The position numbers were made by a program, and so were the translations under genes. A DNA stretch of 48,005 nt from Candidatus Nomurabacteria bacterium (GTDB lineage Bacteria > Patescibacteriota > Minisyncoccia > Phycocordibacterales > UBA9973), in NCBI GenBank assembly GCA_026396015.1, contig JAPLXP010000007.1:1-48005 (forward strand), written 5' to 3'. How positions within the stretch are numbered: the stretch's first letter is position 1; every line of letters starts with the position of its first letter. Of this stretch, positions 36,191 to 44,007 are shown one piece after another. The notes beneath the pieces were generated by a model that was not told where the DNA came from, searched no databases, and saw only the letters and a list, made by a program, of their open reading frames with translations.

Positions 36191-36213
36191 GAAGCGTATC
36201 TTAAATTAATTAC

Positions 36214-37509
36214 ATGAAAAAAACTTTTAAAAAAATTATTGTAGCCATCCTCTTTTGGCAATCAAAAAAAATACTTGCAAAATACAAGCCCAAGATTATA
36301 GCTATTACTGGATCTGTCGGTAAAACTTCTACAAAGGATGCAATATTCACTGTATTGTCTCATTTTAAATCTGCTCGCAAGAGTGACAAGAGCTTCAACA
36401 GTGAGATAGGTTTACCCCTGACTATTATAGGAGTTCCCAATGCATGGAGCAATCCGATAGCGTGGGCCGAGAATATCCTAAAAGGTTTTTATATTATTCT
36501 ATTCAAGGTAAATTATCCTGAATGGCTCATCCTTGAAATCGGTGCTGGAAAGCCAGGGGATATAAAGAGTGTAGCTCACATGCTTTCTCCGGATGTAGTA
36601 GTCATCACACATTTCCCTGACAGGCCTGTTCACGTTGAATTCTTTGGATCTGTGGAAAAGATTATAGAGGAGAAGAGTACTCTAGCTTTTGCCACAAAAA
36701 TGGACGGTGTTTTGATATTGAATCATGATGATGAAAAGGTATATGCCCTTCATAAAAAAGTGAAGGCTCGCGTAGTATCATTTGGTCTGAATGAAGTAGC
36801 TACATACAATGCGTCTTATGGTGGAGCATCTATACAAAAAGAGCATTCTGGAATCCCTTCTGGTGTAGAGTTCAAGCTACACTATAATGGTAGTGTCTTT
36901 CCTGTGACTATGCCCTATGTGATAGGTATGCACTATGTGTCTTCTGCATTGGCAGCTATAGCCGTAGCAAATGAAGCTGGGTGTGACATATTGCAATCTA
37001 TCTCTCAGTTGGCTAGCTACACTACACCTCCTGGTAGAATGTCTCTCATTGAAGGTATAAACAATTCATATATTATTGATGATACATACAATGCATCCCC
37101 TATCGCTATGTCTGCTGCTATAAAATTCCTAGGCGAGGTAAAGGCCAAGCGTAAGATTGCTGTTTTAGGTGATATGCTTGAGTTGGGTAAATTAAGTGAT
37201 TCATCACATCGAGAGATGGGGTATGAAGTATCTAATATTGCCAACGTATTGATCACGGTAGGTCCTCGTGCGAAGTCTATAGCAGAAGGTGCTGTAGAAA
37301 AAGGATTTCCTCAAAAGGATATATATATGTTCGATTCATCTGATACCTGCGGCAAATTCCTAGCCGGAGTAGTAGAAGAAGGGGATATTGTCCTACTAAA
37401 AGGCTCGCAGGGTACTAGGTTAGAACGTTCAGCAAAGATGATTATGAAGAATCCTGAATACGCAGCAAAGCTACTCTGCCGCCAAGAAAAAGAATGGGAA
37501 AAGAGATAA
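36214..37509 (+). CDS. murF: UDP-N-acetylmuramoyl-tripeptide--D-alanyl-D-alanine ligase
   Basis: ITGSVGKTSTKD P-loop, DDTYNASP motif, 431 aa. Confidence 0.85.
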   Translation: MKKTFKKIIVAILFWQSKKILAKYKPKIIAITGSVGKTSTKDAIFTVLSHFKSARKSDKSFNSEIGLPLTIIGVPNAWSNPIAWAENILKGFYIILFKVNYPEWLILEIGAGKPGDIKSVAHMLSPDVVVITHFPDRPVHVEFFGSVEKIIEEKSTLAFATKMDGVLILNHDDEKVYALHKKVKARVVSFGLNEVATYNASYGGASIQKEHSGIPSGVEFKLHYNGSVFPVTMPYVIGMHYVSSALAAIAVANEAGCDILQSISQLASYTTPPGRMSLIEGINNSYIIDDTYNASPIAMSAAIKFLGEVKAKRKIAVLGDMLELGKLSDSSHREMGYEVSNIANVLITVGPRAKSIAEGAVEKGFPQKDIYMFDSSDTCGKFLAGVVEEGDIVLLKGSQGTRLERSAKMIMKNPEYAAKLLCRQEKEWEKR

Positions 37510-37520
37510 AGTAAAATAAT

Positions 37521-37546
37521 AAAACCACTCAAATTTGAGTGGTTTT
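37521..37546 (+). terminator. intrinsic terminator
   Basis: AAAACCACTCAAATTTGAGTGGTTTT. Confidence 0.8.
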
Positions 37547-37615
37547 ATTATTTTGACTTAGATTCATATATAGAGTAGACTAGGCTTAAATTCACCCTTT
37601 AAAAAATATATAATT

Positions 37616-39076
37616 ATGCAAGAAGAAGATGGAAATGCAAACAGTACCAGTAAGGTAAAAGTTGCAGTAAAAAAAGTAGCAAGATCTACCAAAAAAAATG
37701 TAGTAAAAGTTGCAGTAAAAAAACCAAATGTTCTTAGAAAAAAAACAACATCCAAGAACAAGGTTAAAAAAATTTTTGTTCTAGATACGAATGTACCATT
37801 ACATGATCCAAATTGCTTAAGATGTTTTGAGAATAATGATATTATCATTCCTCTGGTTGTTATACAAGAGCTTGATCCTTTTAAAAAGGGGTCTGATACT
37901 ATTAACCTGAATGCTAGAAGTTTTTTGAGACAATTAGATAAGATTTCTTCAAAAGAAGGTTTTAACGGTGGAGTTAGTTTAGGCAGGGGTTTAGGAATAC
38001 TAAAAGTAGTTTTAAATCAACCTTACTCTGAATTCATAAAAGCACAACTGTATCCAGAGAGCGTAGATAATTCAATTATTAACATTGCTTATGATATAAA
38101 GCAAAAAAATATCAATACTGAAGTTGTTCTTGTTTCAAAAGATGTAAATGTATTGGTAAAGGCAAGATCATTAGGTATTGCTGCACAAGATTTTCGTTTT
38201 GAAAAGGTTGATAATGTTGATTTTTTATCAGAAGAAATTAAAACAATAAAAGTATCAGAATCTATTATTGATTCTATATATGAAAATCGTGAGGTGCTTT
38301 ACGCAATAAAAGGTGCGACAGTAAATCAGAATTATATTTTAAAGTGTAATCATGGAAATAAAACAGCTATGGCTGTTCACCAGGAAGGTATTTTGAAACT
38401 AATTAAAAAAGATGATTTATGGGCGTTCAGTGTTAAACCAAACAACGCAGAGCAATCTTTTGCAATGAATGCGTTACTAGATCCTGATATCTCAATTGTA
38501 ACGATAGAAGGAGAGGCGGGTACTGGTAAAACATTGGCTGCATTAGCTACTGCTTTTGAACAAACAAAAAAAGGTAAAAATTCTAAATATGGAAAAATAT
38601 TTTTTGCTCGAAAAATAATCTCTGTTGGTGCTGCTGAAATTGGTTTTCTACCTGGCGATGCTCAGGACAAGATGAATCCTTTTATGGGTGGAATGCTTGA
38701 TAATTTAGAATACTTAGAATCATTGAGTGATAAAAATGCAACAATTGTTTTAGAATTTAAAAATAAAAATATTTTTTCTGTTGAAGCATTGGGTTTTATC
38801 CGAGGTAGAAGCTTGCGTAATATATTTTTTATCATCGATGAGGCTCAAAATTTAACACCTCATGAGGTTAAAACAATTGTTAGCCGTGCTGGTATGGGAA
38901 CTAAGATTGTATTGATAGGGGATACTCATCAGATAGATAGTCCATTTCTGAATGAAAGTTCTAATGGATTTAGTTATTTGATTGATAAATTCCGTGGTCA
39001 ACCAATATATTCACATATTCATTTAGTTAAAGGTGAGAGATCACCCCTTGCTGAATTGGCAGGTAAATTATTGTAA
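37616..39076 (+). CDS. PIN domain + PhoH-like ATPase (YlaK-type) with a Lys-rich N-terminal tail
   Basis: FVLDTNVPLHDP (PIN), GEAGTGKT (Walker A), IIDEAQNL (Walker B), and the PhoH C-terminal motifs. Confidence 0.85.
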   Translation: MQEEDGNANSTSKVKVAVKKVARSTKKNVVKVAVKKPNVLRKKTTSKNKVKKIFVLDTNVPLHDPNCLRCFENNDIIIPLVVIQELDPFKKGSDTINLNARSFLRQLDKISSKEGFNGGVSLGRGLGILKVVLNQPYSEFIKAQLYPESVDNSIINIAYDIKQKNINTEVVLVSKDVNVLVKARSLGIAAQDFRFEKVDNVDFLSEEIKTIKVSESIIDSIYENREVLYAIKGATVNQNYILKCNHGNKTAMAVHQEGILKLIKKDDLWAFSVKPNNAEQSFAMNALLDPDISIVTIEGEAGTGKTLAALATAFEQTKKGKNSKYGKIFFARKIISVGAAEIGFLPGDAQDKMNPFMGGMLDNLEYLESLSDKNATIVLEFKNKNIFSVEALGFIRGRSLRNIFFIIDEAQNLTPHEVKTIVSRAGMGTKIVLIGDTHQIDSPFLNESSNGFSYLIDKFRGQPIYSHIHLVKGERSPLAELAGKLL

Positions 39077-39097
39077 AATTGTAACTTATTTAAAACC

Positions 39098-39129
39098 AAA
39101 AATCCTGATGAAAATCAGGATTTTTTTTA
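39098..39129 (+). terminator. intrinsic terminator
   Basis: AAAAATCCTGAT gaaa ATCAGGATTTTTTTT. Confidence 0.85.
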
Positions 39130-39290
39130 TTTGGAATTCTATTTCAAATGTGAGCCACAATAATTTACTTGCCGCTCATAAATTTGAAAGCAAACGGACT
39201 CGGTTATCTTTCCACTAAAAAATTATGTCTCCGTCTTCACAAAAGCGAAACAGACTGGAATAGTCCAGTATTTTTGAATTCGCGCTTTTG

Positions 39291-39362
39291 TGACCCTACA
39301 GGGAATCGAACCCTGATTACCGCCTTGAGAAGGCGATGTCCTAACCGTTAGACGATAGGGCC
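39291..39362 (-). tRNA. tRNA-Glu (anticodon CTC), CCA not encoded
   Basis: Hand fold: GGCCCTA TC GTC TAACGGTTA GGAC A TCGCC TTCTCAA GGCGG TAAT CAGGG TTCGATT CCCTG TAGGGTC A. Confidence 0.9.
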
Positions 39363-39406
39363 AAGTGAGTAGATAATAGCATAAATAAATAAAGTTGTAA
39401 AAAATT

Positions 39407-39434
39407 AAAAAATCTCGCAAGTGCGAGATTTTTT
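39407..39434 (-). terminator. intrinsic terminator of the 39437..39781 gene
   Basis: AAAAAATCTCGC aagt GCGAGATTTTTT (palindromic, so it reads the same on the minus strand). Confidence 0.75.
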
Positions 39435-39436
39435 AA

Positions 39437-39781
39437 TTATAGTTTACAAACTAGTAGCATGATTTCTTGAAAGTGTTTTTCGGCAATACTTTGGTCTCGA
39501 AAATTTTTAGCAAATTCTTTTAATTTTTCCATAATCAGTAAAATTGATTCTTTGTCTGGTTTATCAAAATCACCGCCTACTTCATTAAAATAATTTCGAA
39601 TCATTTGAACTACACTAAGATGCTTGATTTCCTGAAAAGATATGTCGTCCATATTTTTTGCATAATTTTTTAAATCTTCCAGCACCTCATTGTGTGCTAG
39701 AGTAAAGCATTCGATTATTGCATCACGCACGTCTTCTGGGTTAACTTTTTTATCTGTATCTACCCCATATATTATAGTCAT
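39437..39781 (-). CDS. hypothetical protein (114 aa)
   Basis: Track ORF with a terminator. No domain I can name. Confidence 0.5.
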   Translation of the reverse strand: MTIIYGVDTDKKVNPEDVRDAIIECFTLAHNEVLEDLKNYAKNMDDISFQEIKHLSVVQMIRNYFNEVGGDFDKPDKESILLIMEKLKEFAKNFRDQSIAEKHFQEIMLLVCKL

Positions 39782-39933
39782 AAAATTTTTGTAGTTATTA
39801 ATAATAGAAGATTACTTCTTATTATATTTATTATAGACTATTTATTTTTAAAAATAAATAGTCTATAAACATAATTATTATTTATATTTTAAACATGTTT
39901 GTTTTTATTGTTAATTTGAGTCATTATGTGTGT

Positions 39934-40155
39934 ATGTATATAAAAGTCGCAGTAGTGGCAGGAGCCAAGAAGGAGATAGTGGTTCGTGATAGAGAGGATC
40001 ACTACACTATTACTGTGCGTGAGCCAGCCGAGCGCAATTTAGCTAATACTCGCATAAGAGAGATCATCGCCCACGAGGTATCTGTACCAGTAGGTAAGGT
40101 TCGTCTAATATCTGGCCATCAGAACCCTCACAAAATACTCTCGATAATGGACTAA
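39934..40155 (+). CDS. DUF167 (YggU-like) family protein
   Basis: MYIKVAVVAGAKKEIVV...YTITVREPAERNLANTRIREIIAHEVSVPVGKVRLISGHQNPHKIL matches the DUF167 pattern. The track start (39895) is probably too early. Confidence 0.7.
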   Translation: MYIKVAVVAGAKKEIVVRDREDHYTITVREPAERNLANTRIREIIAHEVSVPVGKVRLISGHQNPHKILSIMD

Positions 40156-40173
40156 TATAGTCCATTATTTTTG

Positions 40174-40202
40174 TTTAACTTGCGCTCTGGTCGTGATATA
40201 AT
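40174..40202 (+). promoter_or_regulatory. hpf promoter (leaderless-type)
   Basis: TTTAAC (40174-40179), a 17-nt spacer, then TGaTATAAT (40194-40202). The ATG at 40209 is 6 nt after the -10 box. Confidence 0.6.
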
Positions 40203-40208
40203 AGTAGT

Positions 40209-40592
40209 ATGAATATCAATATAAAGGGTACGCAAATGGAGTTGACTGATGCGATCCGTGACTATGTCACAAAGCGTGTCGAGTCCCTCGAAAAATTTAT
40301 TAAGGATGACAGTGCTACGGTTTATGTGGAAGTAGGCAAGACTACTCACCACCACAAGAATGGAGATTTCTTTAGGGCAGAATTTGATCTCAGAATGTCT
40401 GGACAAAAATTCTTTGCTTCATCAGAAAAAGAGGATTTGTACAGTGCTATCGATGACGCAAAAGAGGAAATTTCTCGAGCTATGACTTATCAAAAAGATA
40501 AGAAGGAAAATCTCTACCGAAGAGGTGCTCGCAGTGTCAAAAAGATGATCAAAGGTCTATCAAAAAGAAATCCGTTCACTTCAAAATATTAA
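40209..40592 (+). CDS. hpf: ribosome hibernation promoting factor (HPF/RaiA family, short form)
   Basis: MNINIKGTQMELTDAIRDYVTKRVESLEKF...AEFDL...GQKFFASSEKEDLYSAIDDA. Confidence 0.85.
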   Translation: MNINIKGTQMELTDAIRDYVTKRVESLEKFIKDDSATVYVEVGKTTHHHKNGDFFRAEFDLRMSGQKFFASSEKEDLYSAIDDAKEEISRAMTYQKDKKENLYRRGARSVKKMIKGLSKRNPFTSKY

Positions 40593-40596
40593 AAAC

Positions 40597-40642
40597 AGAC
40601 TAAACAAAAATCACCCCTAATGGGGTGATTTTTGTTTAGTCT
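40597..40642. terminator. unusually long (21-bp perfect stem) bidirectional terminator
   Basis: AGACTAAACAAAAATCACCCC taat GGGGTGATTTTTGTTTAGTCT. The right arm overlaps the last codons of the MerR-type gene. Confidence 0.8.
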
Positions 40643-40923
40643 CGAAGGTGGAGGACTTTGAGTTGGTATGTCTTTGGCTTGTCACTCTCTGGAGCCTTCT
40701 TTTCCTTTTTGGGTCGAAGGGTAGGTTTCTCACCAGACTCCATCTTGGTGATTAACTTCTCAATATCTTCTCGGAGGTATACTCGGTAGTTGCTGATCGG
40801 GTGGCGACGGGCCTCTAGCTTGCCACTCTTGTCCCAGTTGCGGAGGGTGAGGGCTGTGACTCCGAGCATCTCTGATGCTTCTTTAATGTTTATATATAAC
40901 TTATTCATGTATATAGTATACAT
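40636..40923 (-). CDS. MerR/excisionase-type HTH DNA-binding protein with a Lys/Pro-rich tail; compositionally GC-rich
   Basis: INIKEASEMLGVTALTLRNWDKSGKLEARRHPISNYRVYLREDIEKL. Alternative start at 40908 (MNKLY). Confidence 0.7.
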   Translation of the reverse strand: MYTIYMNKLYINIKEASEMLGVTALTLRNWDKSGKLEARRHPISNYRVYLREDIEKLITKMESGEKPTLRPKKEKKAPESDKPKTYQLKVLHLRD

Positions 40924-41436
40924 TAGTAAACATTAATAAACAATACTAAATACGGCAAATCTATATAAGAATATTAATAACTCTTATTAGGGTTTAGATA
41001 TCTTTATGTATTACTTTTGTTAAGGTTTAATATAGATATATATTTATTAAATTATGTTTATTTTTCTAAAGTTAATAATATTTTAATACAAAAAGTTTAG
41101 TAATATTATTAATAATAAATAATAGGGAAGTCGTACCTATCTATGTGTTCACAATTACAATCTGTGTAGGGTATAATTCCCTATTTTATTTTCGCAATTC
41201 TTAATAAGAGCATTTGTATGTTATTTATCAGATATGATTTATAATATAAACATAACAAATTAATACTACCCTTACCATTTAACTGTAGAATAATTTTTAT
41301 AAAAAATTTATTTTTAAAAAATATTTTTGAAAATAAAAAAGTTATCAACAGTTTTTTATAAAAAAATTTTGTTTTAATATCAGCGTAGTGTTATACTTTT
41401 TTGTAGAGAAATATTTTAGAACAAAAAATAATTTAA

Positions 41437-43986
41437 ATGAGAAAATTTTTCAAAAAAATAATTAAAGAAAATGTTCTAATTGCTAAACATGATCATAAAA
41501 AAGATCTTAGATATTTTTACAACCTCCGAGTAAAAAAAATAATAAAAAATAAAATTGATAACGAAAATAAATGGTACAAAAATTACAAGGAAAAAATTAC
41601 TGAGGTGAGAATCGAAGGAGAAAATAAAAATCAAATCTACAAAAATAAAATTTACAAAATATTAACTAATCTAAAAAATATAAATTATAACTTCATGAAA
41701 AAAATATTATCAAAACTAAATAAAGTGCTAAGGAAAAATTTCTTCGCAATCGCTCCTCGGTTTGCTGTTGCAGTTTTGATTGTGTCTACAATTTTTTCAT
41801 TTTCTTATAATCCTCAAAAAGCTTATGCTGCGACTTGTGTGACATTGTCTCCAGGTTCATATACGGCGACAACATTCAATACCGCTGTATCGAGTTGTAT
41901 TGCTGGAAGTAATGATATTGTGATTAGCGGTGCTGTCACATTTGCTGCTGGTACATACAATATCGGAAGTGCTAACTTGGTAATAAATAATGGAGGTACT
42001 CTTACTGTGCAATCTTCATCTACTACAAGTACTGGTGCTACTGGTGTGATTATTAGTGGTTCCGGTAATGTTACTGTTAATACTGGAGGTACTATCACTG
42101 GTGTGGGAACTGGTTATGCAGGAGGTACTGGAGAGGTCAGTGGGTATGGTGAGGGTGGGGGTATTGCAAATGGTACTATAGGATATTTTTCTGGAGCTGG
42201 TGGTGCCCATGGTGGTGCAGGTGGAAGAGGTAATGATTCATCTGCCTCTGGTTCTGTTAAGAGTTCTGCTTATGATACTTATAATGCCCCAGTAAGACCT
42301 GGTTCTGGAGGTGCAGGTACTGGGTCTGGTGGCAAAACTGGTACAGCTGGAGGAGGTGCAATTAAATTGAGTACTACTGGTACTGTAACTTTGAATGGTT
42401 CTATTAATATGAGTGGTGCAAATTATACTACAGCAGGATCGAACTGCCCTGGTGTCGGTGCTGGAGGAAGTATTTGGATTGTTGCAGGTACTCTTGCTGG
42501 ATCAAATGCAGGATTACTTAGTGCAAATGCTGGTGCATTTGATAATGTTGCTAATTGTGCTACTAATCCTGGTGGAGGTGCTGGTGGAGGTATGATTTAT
42601 CTAGATTCTACAAATGATACTTATGCTGGGTCTATAACTGTTGCTAGTAGTGCTGGTATTGAAGGAGGTGAGACTGGAACTGTGGGAAGAAATGTAGTCA
42701 CTCCTGGTAATATTTTAATTACAGGAAACAGTACTGTTACTTGGACAAGAACAAATTCACCATCAAATGTGTCTGGCGACTTTAAATTCAGCAATCTTCA
42801 GATTGATTCAGGATCAACTATTACGACTGGGTCTGCTGAAGCTAGTGGTGTGGGTGCAAATAACCCAGGACCAGTTGTTAATGTGAATGGTGGTCCTTTA
42901 CCTGGTCAAACTTCATACAATGGAGGAGGAGGAGGAGGTCACGCCGGTGCAGGTGCAAATGGTGATTATGGTTATGGTGGTCTTGGTGGTTCTTCTGATG
43001 GTGGAGGGTCGCAAGTCTCTGCTCCTACTTATATGGGTTCTTCTGGTGGAGGAAAATTTAATAGTGGCTACTCATTGGGGGGTGCAGGTGCAGGTGCTTT
43101 AAAATTAACAATAACTGGAACTCTTACAAATAATGGAAGTATAAACGCGAACGGAGGGTCTGTTACTGGCGGCGGCGGTGGTGGATCTGGAGGAAGTATT
43201 TGGATTAATTCACCTACTGGAATAGTAACAGGTACTGGTAGTTATACTGCAAATGGAGGAAATGGAGGTGATGGTTATTTAATTACTCCAGCTACTTATC
43301 CTTCAGGGGGTTCAGGTGGACGTATCTCATTTACTGCAGGTGCAACATTTTCTAGTTTTTCACCTTCATCTTTGACTGCTAGTGCGGGTACTGCTTATCG
43401 TGAAAATACACACATTACTAACAATGGTGCCGCGGGTACTGTTTCTGGTGTTGTAGTTTCTTCTGTGACTACACCTACTGCTGGATCATTCAATAATTCT
43501 ACTGGTTTTGATTCTGGAAACAAAATCACTGGTACTGCTGGTGACTATGGTGGAGGAACTATATCTAGTGTTCAAGTTTCTATAAAGAACAATACCACTG
43601 GTTTTTGTTGGAATGGTACTAATTTTACTACAGCTGCTTGTGATAACTGGATTAATGTGACTTCGGGCACAACTTCTTGGTATTATACTGGATTGACTAG
43701 TTCTAGTCTGACAAATGGAGTAAATTATACAATAAAATCAAAAGCTACATCAAGTGGTGGTACAGAGACTCCGGGTTCAGGTACTACATTTACATACGAC
43801 AGTAGTAATCCAACATCTACAATCTCAAGTCCATCTACTGGTACGTATTCAAGTAGTACAACTGTCTCTCTCTCTGGTACATCATCTGATACAAACCTTT
43901 CAACAACCACTATTTCTGTAGATGGTGGAGCATTCGTTGCTATACATCATCTGATACAAACCTTTCAACAACCACTATTTCTGTAG
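41437..43986 (+). CDS. giant secreted/surface protein, part 1 (ends at a frameshift-induced TAG); likely signal peptide at internal ATG 41695
   Basis: Track ORF. MKKILSKLNKVLRKNFFAIAPRFAVAVLIVSTIFSFSYNPQKAYA|AT, then ~500 aa of Gly-rich repeats (GGGAIKL, GAGGSIWIVAG, GGGAGGGMIYL, GGGGGSGGSIWINS), then Ig-like segments. Confidence 0.85.
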   Translation: MRKFFKKIIKENVLIAKHDHKKDLRYFYNLRVKKIIKNKIDNENKWYKNYKEKITEVRIEGENKNQIYKNKIYKILTNLKNINYNFMKKILSKLNKVLRKNFFAIAPRFAVAVLIVSTIFSFSYNPQKAYAATCVTLSPGSYTATTFNTAVSSCIAGSNDIVISGAVTFAAGTYNIGSANLVINNGGTLTVQSSSTTSTGATGVIISGSGNVTVNTGGTITGVGTGYAGGTGEVSGYGEGGGIANGTIGYFSGAGGAHGGAGGRGNDSSASGSVKSSAYDTYNAPVRPGSGGAGTGSGGKTGTAGGGAIKLSTTGTVTLNGSINMSGANYTTAGSNCPGVGAGGSIWIVAGTLAGSNAGLLSANAGAFDNVANCATNPGGGAGGGMIYLDSTNDTYAGSITVASSAGIEGGETGTVGRNVVTPGNILITGNSTVTWTRTNSPSNVSGDFKFSNLQIDSGSTITTGSAEASGVGANNPGPVVNVNGGPLPGQTSYNGGGGGGHAGAGANGDYGYGGLGGSSDGGGSQVSAPTYMGSSGGGKFNSGYSLGGAGAGALKLTITGTLTNNGSINANGGSVTGGGGGGSGGSIWINSPTGIVTGTGSYTANGGNGGDGYLITPATYPSGGSGGRISFTAGATFSSFSPSSLTASAGTAYRENTHITNNGAAGTVSGVVVSSVTTPTAGSFNNSTGFDSGNKITGTAGDYGGGTISSVQVSIKNNTTGFCWNGTNFTTAACDNWINVTSGTTSWYYTGLTSSSLTNGVNYTIKSKATSSGGTETPGSGTTFTYDSSNPTSTISSPSTGTYSSSTTVSLSGTSSDTNLSTTTISVDGGAFVAIHHLIQTFQQPLFL

Positions 43987-44007
43987 ATGGTGGAGCATTC
44001 GTTGCTA
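43878..44007 (+). repeat. perfect 65-bp tandem direct duplication (43878-43942 = 43943-44007)
   Basis: Base-by-base comparison of the two copies shows them identical. 65 is not divisible by 3, so the reading frame shifts. Confidence 0.95.

Noticed and set aside
39033-39351. Plus-strand ORFs 39033..39218 and 39169..39351
   Set aside because: They run through the PhoH terminator and across tRNA-Glu, so they are not credible coding sequence.
40983-41209. 9-bp inverted repeats (CTCTTATTA 40983-40991 / TAATAAGAG 41201-41209, and AATAGGGAA 41121-41129 / TTCCCTATT 41177-41185) as an invertible promoter for the giant gene
   Set aside because: The arms are short and AT-rich, so they are likely to occur by chance in this region. 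No recombinase is adjacent. The inner pair encloses only 47 bp, which is too small for inversion.
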